From Mytilus trossulus (taxonomy: Eukaryota), in assembly GCF_036588685.1 (NCBI RefSeq), contig NC_086379.1:84258001-84322000 (forward strand): a stretch of DNA of 64,000 nucleotides. Reading direction: 5' to 3'. A program made the translations under genes and the position numbers. Of this stretch, positions 51,179-63,814 are shown piece by piece. A model generated the notes under the pieces. That model was given only the letters and a program-made list of their open reading frames with translations, searched no databases and was not told the DNA's origin. The stretch's first letter is position 1. Every line of letters begins with the position of its first letter.

Positions 51179-54100
51179 CTAAAATTTGAAAGAAGACGCA
51201 TTTAGTTTTTCTATTTCTATATACAGGTATATAAGCTTTATCTATATTTTGCTTTCTGTAAAGTTTTGACGAAATAGATTGATTATCTTCTTAAAAAAAC
51301 AACATAAACAATACATCAAAATTTTGATTCATTTTACCAAAGAGGACTCTATGGATTCAATTCATTTACTTTTGTGGTAAAAATGTATTTACTGCTGAAG
51401 ACAATTGTACAATGAATAATAATTAAGAAATACATCATGGGGGCTTGAATATATCATGATTATACCACAGGTTATCACTTCATGGTAAATATTTTACCCT
51501 GAGCGATAGCGAGGGGTAAAATATCAGCATAAAGGGACAACCAGTGGTAGAATCACAATATTTTCATTTTAATTTGTGTTGAACACAATACACATACTTT
51601 TCATACTTTTTATAATAGAAGTTATTTCACTCAAAATGTGTTAAAACGGCAAAATATCACTTTTAAATCATGCTTTGAGTGGGGAAAAGCCAAGTTTGTC
51701 TGGCATAGATCCTGTCCTTAATTGACAAATGAAAGTAATTTGTTTAAAAAGTGTGTAATATCGGAATCAAATCGGTTACTGGCAAATGAACTATTGCAAA
51801 AAGGCAGTTTATTACATAATCCTTAAACAAACAAAATTCAGCTGTTGTCTTTTGTTGCTGTATAACATATTTGTTTTTCGATCATTACTTTATACGTAAG
51901 TTTTCTAGTTTGAATTGTTTTACATTTGTCGTTGCGAGGCTTTTCATAGCTGATTATACTGTATAGGTTTTTCTGATTGTTGAAGAGTGTACATTGACCT
52001 ATAGTGGTTGACTTCTATGTCATTTGGTATCTGGTTGAGAGTTGTCCCGAAGACTTTAAACAGATTTGACCTCATTCTCGTGTCTGATTATTTAGAAACT
52101 GGTTGAACTGCACCACACATTGTGGTATCAATCAGGGATATCAGTGTATCAAACCAGTATTATTGTTTATGCAAAAAATGGATGAAAATTAATTTCTGCT
52201 AACTATAACAATATATAAGAAAGAGAGGAGGTATGAAGAAAGCTGCTAAAATCTGTAGATTAGTATGATGCTGACTATTTATCATGGATTATCTCCCCCT
52301 ATAATACAAGCAGACACATTTGTATAAACATTTACCAATCTGCCCTGAATTAATACTTACTGTTTACATGGATTACCTCCCCTTACAAAACTACAAGACA
52401 CATGCATTGTATTTAAGAATTGAATGCTTCTTTTTGTAACTTCATTGGGGTGTAAAAGTGTTGACCTAAGTACATTTTGTATGAAGCGCAGAAGCGCTTC
52501 ATTCTAAAAATGTGTGCAGTCAACACTTTTACAACCCTATGAAGTTACAAAAAGAAGCATTCAATACATTGTTTAGCTAGGATCATGAAAACACGAATTT
52601 TATAAATTTTTTATTTAATTCACCTGTGCACTTTATTGTGGGACCTCGTGTTATCATGAATGATAAGTTTTATTGTGTAATGCAATTGCTTAAGGAATAA
52701 CATGTGATGTGCAGTTAGCCAATCAGAATAACGTATTATAATTAAACATACATCTAATGTAATTATTAACATTTTATGCATATCTGCCCTAGGTAAATAC
52801 TTACTGTTTCCAGTTTGCTGTGGTTCATTGGTAACTTCATTTGACCTAGAGATAGAAATACATTTACTCATTTAACATAACAAAACAAAAACATGCCTGA
52901 TAAGAACAACATATGCATTTAAATCTCTGACACTTTTTGATATCAATGAATTGACAAAACTGTGAAAATCATTTATATACGAGTGATTTATAGTTGACAG
53001 TCAAACAGCTAATTAAGAATGTGCAAAAGATTAAAAAGTGAGACAAAAGTGAAATAAGAGGGAAAGAGAAATTATGTAGATTGAAACAATAACTGTACAG
53101 CAGCTTTTTTTCCAACAATATAAATTTACGTTTTGGGCATTAACAAATAGTGTCTCAATTATAAAAAGAAATCACAATCAGAACCACTGTTTATATATGA
53201 TATATAATCTGTGAATTTGCTGTGGTTATAATGAATATTTTAATGTGTTCACTTTCTGGAATAATTAGATTCTGTCATACCAAAGAGACCTGTGTATTTC
53301 TGTTCTATGTATGGCAAGATTAATGTTTAAATCAGAAGCCTTGGTATCAAAAGGTCATCAATAACCTCCAAAATTTATCATGGAAAAGTTAATCTACTAT
53401 ACTTAAGATACATTTTTGACTTTACTGTACTTACTGTCTAAACTTTTTCTTCCTGCTATTTTTAGCACCAGGAAGTTGATCAACATCAGCATTTTCTTGT
53501 TGCTTTTTATTTCTATGCTTGGCTTTAGCTCGTTTTTCTTCCTCATCATCTGAGAACTCTACAAACTGAAATATAAGAAGTTCATTAAATCAGGATGATC
53601 ATTTTTTGTAAGATTTTTTTTTTAAATTTTCATGTGTCTTTTATAGGTTACTTTATTGTGCTCATAGCTCATTGTTGAAGGCCTTATAGTGCCCTGTTTA
53701 CACCCTTTGGTTTGTTGTGGGTTGTCTCATTAGAAATCAAACCACATCTCCTAAGACTCCTTTAAAATCCTTTTTTAAAGGTGTAATACCACCAAATCAT
53801 GGTACCTCACATCCGGTTGTAAATAGGTCGACAAAAATATTCCTTGAATTTGACAGTTGTAGGTAATTAATCCTACATTTTATTGCAGTAAAACATTTCT
53901 GGGTCATAAACATATATCTTGGGTATTCCAAAGCACCATTATTTTTTTGTTTTGTGTTTCTATAGGATATTTTGGAAAGTTGAGGTTACATGGTTACTAA
54001 ATCTTGTACACAGGTTAAATAAGGGAAGAAATTTGATTGGTTAACTTCCAATGATGGTTATTTTCTAATATGCAATGAAATATTATGTGAATTTTTTCTA

Positions 54101-57100
54101 TAGTACTGGACAGGATAAAACTTTACTCATGCCAAGTATTTCTTTATTTGAAACAAAGATAAATTCGCAACATTTTTTTTTAAAAGTGCAAATTTAACAA
54201 AGACTAATAGGGGAAAATCAATGGTTGTATTGCACCTTATAAACTTACAGAAGGTTTGAAGATGCCAAAGAGGAAACAAACAGAATTAATCAACAAAAGA
54301 CATAGAAAAAGTAAGTGCATCCACTTCCTTTAGCTATATAATATCAAAACTTAGGACACATTAAACAAGAGGCTGTCACAACGACAGCAAACCGGATTTA
54401 TTAACATTTATTTGTGTCTTGGCAATATCACAAAGTCAAAATCGACATTATTGAACTTGACCTCCATTTTGTCATCAGTCACAACATCTTAAAATTTGAA
54501 AAGCTTTGGTTGAACAGTTCATGAGTAAATGCACGGACACGACTGGAAACATCATTTTTCAATCTTTCAAGAACCATAACTCCTGAACGGTAAAAGTCAA
54601 AATCGTCATTCTTGAACTTGACCTCCATTTTATCATCAGTAACAACATAATAAAATTTGGGAAGCTTTGGTTAAACAGTTCATGCATAAATGCACGGACA
54701 CAACTGGAAATGCCATTTTTCAATCTTTCAAGAACCATAACTCCTGAACGGTAAAAGTCAAAATCCTTATTCTTGAACTTGACCTTCATTTTGTTGTCAG
54801 AAACAACATATCTAAATTTTAAAAGCTTTAGATGAACGGTTCATGAGTAAATGCATGGACAACATTTGGTTGCCGCCCGCCCTGCGTACATCCCCAAATC
54901 AATAACCGACATTTTTGTCACAAAAATCCGGTTAAAAATGGAGAATGTGTCAATGGGACATAAATGAATCAGGGGCATAAACATATTTCTGAAAGATACA
55001 ATTTTCTAGGAGTGTATTTTTATATGTGTAGTATATTACATCCTGGTACATGTATTACCTTAGCGGGTGGTTCATTGTTGTCTTCCCAAGATGCATCTGA
55101 ACCTTTTATTCTGAAAACAAAAATATTGCGTTGTATTATTCTGATTATTTGTATAGGGCATATGGGATTTAAACATAATGAAACAAGTGAAACTGTGAAC
55201 TACTGCTCAATGATGATACCCCAGCAAAATATTTCCATAAACAGGAAGTTCTTGAGCACTGAATCTGAAAAGGCATCACACAGTATTGTAGTTCCTGAGA
55301 AAAATGTGACAAAAAATTTCAACTTGGCTATCATGTGTAAAATGATAAAAGTGTTCTGTAAACAGGAAGTTGTTGAGTGATGAATCTAATAGCGCATCAC
55401 ATGGTATAGCTGACTTATATACACTTAAAACCAAATTTCAGAAATCCTTGTATTGTAGTTCCCAAGAAAAATGTGACGAAAATATTCATGGGACGGACAG
55501 ACTGATGGACGGATTGACAGACAGAGGTAAAACAGTATACCCCCACTTTTTTAATAATCAGAAACTATCAAGTATCTCAGGAAAGATGTCTTGACAATCA
55601 TAACATGTGATATATGCATGAAGAAAGATGCCAGGCAATAAACAGATACTGGAAAATGAATTTATGTCGAAGGAAAATGTCAAGAAATTAACTACCGTGT
55701 ATATATGTAATATGTAAACCATAACTGTTTCATAACACCTGTTGACTACATACTTTTAAGCTGTACATCATGAAATATACCTATTTAATCATGTATTCTT
55801 TATACAAGTTAATTTTCCTTATATAATGTTTAATACTTGGTTTCCAAGGAAATAAAGAGAATCTGGTGACCTTTATGAAAGTTTTTGCAAATAAATATAT
55901 GTTAAAAGGTAAATGTGTAAAATATCAAATATAAAAAAGTACCTTGTTATACTGAAAATTTTGCAATTTTGCAAAAATTGTGCAGTGTGGTATGTTCACT
56001 GTTTAATATAGCTATCTAAATGAGCACTTTCGTTCGTGGTAAAATATTTAGCATAAAGGGCCAACCCGTGATAAAATCAGTATAAATTCAAGCCCCCATG
56101 AATTATTTCTTAATTAAACCTATAATCAGAGCTATAAATTAGTAATGGATCATTTATATGACACCATTCTTCCTTATTAATACATTCAATATTCTATGCA
56201 AATATCAAAACCTATATCACAAAATATCTGTCTGATTTCTTACTGTTTCAAATGTTCTACAAATACATAATTTGTATACTGATCCACTTTAGGGGCACAG
56301 TACATCTTTGTTCCTATGGAAACCTCTTTGTTGGTGATATCTTCAAGTGAGTTGAATCTTACTGAATACCATGGTAGCGCTACTGGTCCAAACACTTCAA
56401 AGATCTGACAAAAATAATTAAACATTTAAATATACAACATTTAATGACATATAATATAACTTGTTATGTAAAGCAGATAACAAACAATTGAAGTTCCTTT
56501 TGATCATATATTTTTTTATCAAGTAAACCATCTATCTGAATATTTTGCTTTCTGCATTATTCTTAATTTCCTCTTTTTGACACAATTTTTAAAATGAAAA
56601 TGTGAGAAGACTGCTCTTTAAAATAATGTGAGTTGATTGCCAATCAGACAACTATTCACAATCTTGAGAGTAAAGAACAAATAAATAAATGATTTTAGAA
56701 GTTAAAAAAAGCAGAAATGTGGTCACTATTGAATACATAACATAAAATTTACTATAAATTAAAAAAAAACTGGAGTTATCTCCCATTAGGAGCTTATTTT
56801 TATTTCTGCATTTTTTTTAAGTATCAAATAAAATGAATATAATTCAGAATCAAAATTTGTATTATATCAGTAAAATTCTGAAGTGATCATTGCCAGTTAT
56901 TTGAGATCCAAGATGGAAAAACATTCTTATATTACCTCACCTTTAACTGTATAATGACTAACAAATTTAAAATCACAAGTACACACCATAACAAAATGAT
57001 TGTAAATACTTTATCATGTAGTTACTGAAAGCAAGCTCACAGAACTTAACCTGATAATATGAAATCATGGACAAGTCTAATGCAGTTTATTTAAGACCTA

Positions 57101-60082
57101 TATGTATTTCAAACCAGCAAAATGTATACAATGTATAATGGTTGGGCTATCTTAATATCTTGATGAAGCCTTCAAATTATATTTCTAAAATCTAAATGCC
57201 CCAGTAGTACATGACTCTACAGAGCTAAGATGTTAGAAAAAAGTCGGAAAAAGTGTTGGATTTTAATAGGAAAGCATGCATGAAGGAATGATGGACATGT
57301 GAACTCATCCCCCTCGCCCCTCCTCCAATCCAGCTACTGTCGAGAGTGACAGGGGCTACTAAAACCTACCTTTCCACAAGCTGCTCTTCCTTCTAAAAAT
57401 AGAATTGTGTCTTCATTCAATGGCGGCATATTATCATTTGATTGTACCACAACTGAAAAATATAAAATTAATTACAACAGTGTATTTCTTTTAGCTGACA
57501 AAATATATATGGATGTTGGATAAATTAACACAAACTTTAAAGTAAAATTACTCAACTTTTCAACCAATTTTTAGGTTTATGATATACACAGATACTATTA
57601 TTTATTTTTTTTCAAATATATTGCCAGAAATATAAAAGATTGTTAGATCAATTTGCAAGTTTAGATTTTCCCCCACAAATAGAAGTTGCTACAAACAAAA
57701 TAATGGATTTTGTTTGAAGTAAAAAATAAATTTTTGTGAGCACTGAATGGTTAATTTTGCTTTCATTTTGCAATTTTTTATTTTTTTTAAATAAACATTG
57801 AATTGTGTTTAGCTAGCATTTAATAAATCGCATGAAATTCACTGACTAGGATCTCAATAATGATCAGTTCGCTACACTATTTTGTTAGAACCATTGAAGA
57901 TAGTGATAAATCTATATACATTGGAAGATCAAAATATCAAGTCAGTACCATATAACCTTCTGGTTGCATTTTATGCAATCTTTACCCAAAAACTGTATTA
58001 TCCATTACTAAACCAGATTTTTTAAATCTTACGAAGAAGGGATCTCACTGTTCAGTGCTCTTTCGCATGTTTAGCTGAACATTAGTGTCTGTGTTACGTT
58101 TCATTGACAGTCATACCACATCTTCTTTTTTATGTAAACATTTTATACTTGAGAATGTTCTATATATATGATTTCCATCTCAATGTTTATACTTACCTAA
58201 CACTCCTATAACACTGGTAACATCCCCAATATGTATCAGCTGTACAGATTCATCTACTGTTATAGCTAAATCTTCTAAGGGAGGTAAGTCCTGAAAAAAA
58301 TTAAACTTTATATTAGTTTTCATAATAAACTTTCTTCTTATCAGTTAGTATTATTCATACTTACAAAACATGTGATCATGGGTTAGTTTAACACACAGGA
58401 TCAAGAAGGATACATTAAATACTATCAGAACCTAAAAAATTGTCAAACTATATGTCATAAACTGGTCAGACTAACCCAATGCTGATCGTTTTTGCTAAAT
58501 AAACCAATGATGTTTCTGGCATCATATTTGGATGTGGTCAGTGCAGCCCTACATGAAGCTGATGAAAAACTTCAGTCTTTCATTGATTCCTTACTAAAAC
58601 AATTTCAATAGGGAATGGTCTGTGGTCTGATGTATAATGTCTGCAATTTACACCAACTACCCTGGTATGGTCAAATTAACATAATCATGATAATTGTATT
58701 GATGTAAGAAAAAAAACAGCATTCTAACACTGCACACTCCAATATAGTCTGTTTTATAGATTACCTCAGGAAATAATTCTCCTTTTGTTCTGATTTCTTC
58801 CTTACACAGTTTGATCTGTTTATCTGTCAATGATGAAGTACTGGAATGTCTGGATCTACTAAAATAATTCAAGGAAATTTATATTTGTGTTGTTGAACAT
58901 GCATGGCACTCACACCACATCTTCCTATATCTATGAATACCTATTCTTCCATCAGATAAATTTTAAAATGTTCAAGTCTAAATATTTTTTCAAGGAATAG
59001 GAGTAAAAAACTTAGATTCCCATTTTAAAAACCATTAAAATATTTTTAATATAATACTTTTTATCAAAATAAATACTAAATCAATTGCTTTTATCATGTT
59101 TATTTTACTCGGTTCTAAAAGACCTTATTCAACAAACTCTAAATAATTATGTATCTCTTCCTTGAGAAATCAGTCTCAATTGATAAGAAAGGCTTACCAA
59201 ATATTGGAAATTTATCCTGCATTTTATTGAAAAATTATAAAATTCAGAATGAAAATGGTGATTGTGTAAAAGAGACAAAAACACGGCCAAAAAGAGAAAA
59301 TTTTCAGCTATATCATGTATATTGTAAGAACAATTTTTCTTTAAAATCCTGTGTACTAACCTCTGTGGTTTCTTAGCTTGTTCTGCTTCATCTTCAGACT
59401 CTGATGAAGATGACGATGAAGTAGAATCACTAGATATGTTATTTTCTACATCAGATTCAGGCTCCACTTTTATACGGTACTGTCCAGGGTCAATCTGACT
59501 GGTGATGATACAATCATCATCAATAGGTTCTACTTTAACTGTCACAATGGTCATGGCATCAGATTGTTTTGATGAGATTTCCGTGGATACTGGTTCTGAC
59601 GATTTGGTTTCACCATCAGGAGATTCCAAAACTTGTTCATTGTCCTCTTTACATTCGTTCTTCTCACTACTAATACAACTAGTATTTATTTGACAGTTTT
59701 TCTGCATGCTACTGTCATTTGTTTTATTAACAGAATCATCAATTAGTACGTTGCTCTGTTTGTTTATTTCCATACTTGTGACTTCTGAATCTACGACTAG
59801 GAGTTTACTAGGACTATCTAAAACAACAGCTGAATCATCAGAGTCGTTCCCCTTTGCAATCACTTCCTTTAGCTTGTTCAAATTTTCTCTAATTTTTTGC
59901 AACTTTTCCGTTTTGTTTTGTTCCCTTTGAACATCATGTGATTCTCCCTCTTCATCAGAGATTAATACTTGACCTCTATCTACATTAATTATGTCTCCAC
60001 CATCCTCATTGGCTACCTTTACTGAGCTACCCTCTATTTCATCACAGTCAACAGCAATACAATCATCAACAGCTTTATCCAT
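49761..60082 (-). CDS. NAF1: H/ACA ribonucleoprotein complex non-core subunit NAF1, 9 coding exons, 931 aa from Met 60082
   Basis: Exons 60082-59361, 58858-58765, 58290-58197, 57452-57370, 56404-56244, 55110-55059, 53565-53435, 52845-52805, 51178-49761; total 2796 nt in frame. Gar1/Naf1 domain RTKGELFPEDLPP...GKIFEVFGPVALPWYSVRF and KGSDASWEDNNEPP...EFSDDEEEK signature. An acceptor 3 nt before the ATG implies an upstream exon that was not identified. Confidence 0.93.
50085..50660 (-). repeat. Coding tandem repeat, 36-42-bp units encoding (N/S)WQAPxxSxxxNT
   Basis: TGCCA (antisense of TGG-CA) recurs every 36-42 bp. Confidence 0.9.
52417..52770. mobile_element. Fold-back element with about 150-bp near-perfect hairpin (52420-52565)
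   Basis: TTGAATGCTTCTTTTTGTAACTTCAT...GTGTTGAC / GTCAACAC...ATGAAGTTACAAAAAGAAGCATTCAA with central ATGAAGCGC-AGAA-GCGCTTCAT; the right boundary is a guess. Confidence 0.75.
52805..52845 (-). CDS. NAF1: NAF1 41-nt exon
   Basis: Acceptor TCTCTAG, SNEVTNEPQQTGN, donor GTAAGT; needed to convert phase 2 to phase 1. Confidence 0.75.
53435..53565 (-). CDS. NAF1: NAF1 exon
   Basis: FVEFSDDEEEKRAKAK...RKKKFR, donor GTAAGT. Confidence 0.9.
53778..54238. mobile_element. MITE with 16-bp imperfect TIRs AAGGTGTAATACCACC / GGTTGTATTGCACCTT
   Basis: Inverted termini flanked by TA-rich sequence. Confidence 0.65.
54364..54938 (+). mobile_element. HINE/pearl-like element with about 163-bp tandem core (x2.6)
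   Basis: Subterminal inverted AACCGGATTT / AAATCCGGTT; AAAGTCAAAATC...TTGAACTTGACCT three times; 3' hairpin GACA-TTTT-TGTC. Confidence 0.75.
55059..55110 (-). CDS. NAF1: NAF1 exon
   Basis: IKGSDASWEDNNEPPAK, donor GTAATA. Confidence 0.92.
55180..55555 (+). mobile_element. HINE/pearl-like remnant with GACG/GACA microsatellite
   Basis: AAACAAGTG start, duplicated TATTGTAGTTCC...AAAATGTGAC core, GGACGGACAGAC tract. Confidence 0.55.
56244..56404 (-). CDS. NAF1: NAF1 exon
   Basis: IFEVFGPVALPWYSVRF...YVFVEHLK, donor GTAAGA. Confidence 0.92.
57370..57452 (-). CDS. NAF1: NAF1 exon
   Basis: VVQSNDNMPPLNEDTILFLEGRAACGK, donor GTAGGT. Confidence 0.9.
58197..58290 (-). CDS. NAF1: NAF1 exon
   Basis: DLPPLEDLAI...IGDVTSVIGVL, donor GTAAGT. 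Confidence 0.9.
58765..58858 (-). CDS. NAF1: NAF1 exon
   Basis: RSRHSS...RTKGELFPE, donor GTAATC. Confidence 0.88.
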
Positions 60083-60085
60083 TAT
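59361..60085 (-). CDS. NAF1: NAF1 exon (acidic/Ser-rich N-terminus)
   Basis: Acceptor TTTCAG, ATG at 60082, SSDSTSSSSSSESEDE tract, donor GTTAGT. Confidence 0.85.
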
Positions 60086-61185
60086 CTGAAAAATAAGATG
60101 ACAGAAGTTATAAGTAAAGTATTACATTGATTGTAAATGTGTAAGTTAAATTCTAATTAGATCCACAACACCAATCAGTGCTCCAGGACATGGTGCCAGT
60201 GGAGAACAGGGCACTTTATAGGGTTTGGAAAGTCCACTTCTAAATTTATTTGTCTACCTTTTGTGTGTGTGTTCTAATATATGACATGCTGCATTTGCTT
60301 TGAGAATAAACCCATGCTCTAAATCCAATAAAATTTGTTTGCACCATGCAATACATAGTATCCTATCAGTTATAAATTCATTGTACATGTAATGGAACAA
60401 GATTCTAACTTGATTTATAACTTGTCATAACTACATTAAATAACAAACAATCCTACCACTAAATTCTTCAAACAATGTACTAAAAAAAAATGGGGGAAAA
60501 ATCCAAAATGTCATGAATGTCATGTCACTCCTCAATAATACAATGTCTTTTAAAAAATGAGTTATTTCCCTTTGAACAGAAATCTTGTATTATAATTAGG
60601 GTTCATGTGAGTCCTATGGCTAAAATGGCTGAATTTTCACCTCAAAATCTACTCTAAGTGCAGATAAACCTGTGCATCTGGAAAAGTTTTAAGGCATAGC
60701 ATATCCTAGATACTTTTAATCCAAATGCATTACTTGTTTAAGAAAAATGGATTTGGCAGTGCACTTTTTTCATCCCAGCAGAAGATGATAAAATTGACAA
60801 ACAGCTTAGTTTCACCTGATATGGTCCACTCAGGTCCATAGTTTAAATCACCAATTATTGTCATATATCTATCGTTCATCTATTGTCCATTTTAATTAAT
60901 GCAGTTCACTTCAATTATTACCTATGGGCAATAGATCCACAGTAGACACAAGTCAAAGTTCAACTATCAAGGTTTTAGCTTTTCTTCTTGTTTGAAGAAG
61001 TAAAAGCCATTTATTTTGGCACCTGCTGGAGGAATGAAAAAAAGTTCTCAGCAAATCTTGTTATTTTTTTTATTTTTCTAAAACATAGAATGTATTTGAC
61101 CTTTGTTTATCTAGGGCAAGCTATGCCTTAAAAGTATTCACTGAAATTTTTAGATCATTTAATCTCATCTAACAAAATCTTAGCT

Positions 61186-62050
61186 CATGACATATTTATT
61201 CAAACAAGAGAAAACAACCTATGGACAAGTAATATGAAGAAATGTATCCATAATCTGGGTTTCTCGTATTTAACATCTTTTAATGTACCTATTACACCTA
61301 TGCTTGCTCAAATAAAACAACAAATTCATGACCAAATTTTACAAGAACAGAATTCATATACACGTATTACAGAATCATCAAAATAATCATGTTTTTCAAC
61401 ATTTTTGTTTTTCAAATAAACGTACACACTATGTTGACCTATTGAATATGTTAAAAGATAAGGCACCTTTGGCAAAACTAAGGCTAAGTGTACTCAATCT
61501 TGAAATTGAAAGAGGTAGATACATGCAAGTTAACAGAGAAGAAAGGTTGTGCAAATTATGTCATAATAAAAATATAGAAGACGAAAAACATTTTATCTTG
61601 CACTGCACAAAATATGAATCACAAAGAAATGTTCTTATACCAAAATTGTCCTATTTTAAAAATTATGAAAAACAATCCAAAACGGAGGATGAATATATCA
61701 AACTATTACTTAATAGCAAGTGTAGAAAAACACTGAAATTAATATCATCTTTTATTAATCAATCATTTGAATTAAATGATTAATGAAAAATGTCCTTATA
61801 AATGAGTAATATGAACAATTTGAAGCTATAACATACAATTTACTTATGTCAGTAGTCTATTCTTATGAATTAACCTATATATATATATTGATATATTTAT
61901 AACTGCACATTTCATTTTTCGAAATGTGCACAATGATATGCTATGTAGTATTGTTAAATTGCTGCATCATGACTATTTGTATACTAGTTGTATGGGCCGT
62001 TGCCAATTATTGTAATTGAGTTTGTGCCAATAAAATATTTGTATTTGTAT
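61186..62050 (+). mobile_element. 5'-truncated, frameshifted non-LTR retrotransposon (CR1/L2-group-like) 3' end
   Basis: KLRLSVLNLEIERGRY...ERLCKLC...IEDEKHFILHC C-terminal Cys/His motif; upstream frame ends in TAA near 61385; 3' AATAAA plus (TTTGTA)2 tail; (T)AGCT duplicated at 61181-61185 and 62050-62054. Confidence 0.8.
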
Positions 62051-62147
62051 AGCTAAAAATTTGGTTATTAATGGTGGAGGAAGCTGTTACTTAGAAAGCA
62101 CCACCTGGATTGTAGATTGATCTCCAGGTCATTTTAGGGGGCATCTT

Positions 62148-63814
62148 CAGGGCCGTAACTACATTGAGGCAAATGAGGCAAATGCCTCATGTTTGAAATT
62201 TCAAAAAAAATAAAAAAAAGTTAAAAAAAAAATTAGTTCATTTATTGTCCAATACTGTATTACTATAGTCTGGGTGTTAACTTTCATTTGTAAACATCAG
62301 ATTTTGCGATGTTGCATGTCCATTGATGTCCAGATATTATGCGAGAAAATATTTTAAGACTATACGATGCTACTGCTGACTGGACACATAATAAAAATGG
62401 TCTTTCCTTCAAGGGGAATTGAATTTGATTTCAAAGAATACAAAACTGGGTTTTTTTTGCAGATAAAGACTAGATAGCTGACATGGTTTAAATTAAAGTA
62501 AGGCCACCCAATTCCTGGTATCAGATAATTTGAAAAAAACCAACAATGTATTGCTATATGACCTTTTACATTGAAGCCCTGTTAAACTTGCATTAAGTCG
62601 TGTTCAGACCCTTAAACAGAAAATAAAGAAATATGGAGTAAACGTGCACGGGCCTTATCCCATAGATTATCAATGCATAGAAAAAATACAAATGCTCAAT
62701 AGTCAAAGTTTTTATTCCTGTTCTTTATCTTGAAAGTTGATTGAGGGTCTTCAACAATAAGAATCATTAATACCGTAAAACACGGTCAAGATGGTCCCTA
62801 GTGTCGATTTAAGCAGTATATTTTAAAAAAGTATTTAGTACTTAAATGCATGATTTTTATTAGTTATTAGTGGCTTTGGACTAGCTGTCAGATAACTGCG
62901 AGTACTCTCAGATCTGTTCATTGTGTCTTTTTGTGTCGGGATGTATAAGTACCCGGCCACGTCTACTTGTATGTTTGTCCATCTGATGAGTTTGAGCCTT
63001 TTTCAACTGATTTTATAGTTCGTTGTTTATTGTACTGTTATACCACTGTCCCAGGTTAGGGGAGGGTTGGGATCCCGCTAATATGTTTAACCCCGCCACA
63101 TTATTTATGTATGTGCCTGTCCCAAGTCAGGAGCCTGTAATTCAGTGGTTGTCGTTTGTTTATGTGTTACATATTTGTTTTTTTTCTTTCATTTTTTTAC
63201 ATAAATAAGGCCGTTAGTTTTCTCGTTTCAATTGTTTTACATTGTCTTATCGGGGCCTTTTAAAGCTGACTATGCGGTATCTGCTTTGTTCATTGTTGAA
63301 GGCAGTACGGTGAACTATAGTTGTTAATGTCTGTGTCATTTTGGTCTTTTGTGGGTAGTTGTCTTATTGGCAATCATACCACATCTTCTTTTTATAATAA
63401 AGTATAATACTGCACTGTCACTATATTTTTAATCTAGTCATTTAAAATCCCCAAAGTCTAAGCACAATACAAGACCAGAACAGACAGATCTGGTATTGAT
63501 GATTATGAGAATTACGATATTTGCTTCATCCTTATATCTGCCTTTTAATGGTGTCCCTAAAACCTAAAAGACTTGAAGTCTTAAATTACAATGAATCCTT
63601 GTTTTTGTTTTGAGACCAAAATATTGTCGGAAAAAAATAGCTAAAAATTCATTATGTTTCAATGTAAGAAAGAGTCAGAGAAACGCTCAGAATGCACGAT
63701 TTTGCGTTAATTCGCTCAGAGCTTCTGGGGGCCTTTAGCGGTCCCCAGACCCCTCGCCCAAAATTTTTCGAATATATTTTGCCTCACAATTACAAGAGGC
63801 TAGTTACGGCCCTG
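62148..63814. mobile_element. Non-autonomous TIR DNA transposon (hAT-like termini) with nested family B-containing repeat (about 62850-63395)
   Basis: 14-bp perfect TIR CAGGGCCGTAACTA / TAGTTACGGCCCTG; 5-bp TSD ATCTT at 62143-62147 and 63815-63819. Confidence 0.85.

Noticed and set aside
58466-58640. Box C/D-like ATGATG...CTGA words in a NAF1 intron
   Set aside because: They lie on the strand opposite the host transcript, with no terminal stem or recognisable rRNA complement; intronic snoRNAs cannot be excluded without a covariance search
61328-61783. 151-aa ORF as a host zinc-finger gene
   Set aside because: It is the C-terminal end of a truncated, frameshifted LINE ORF2 with tail and TSD
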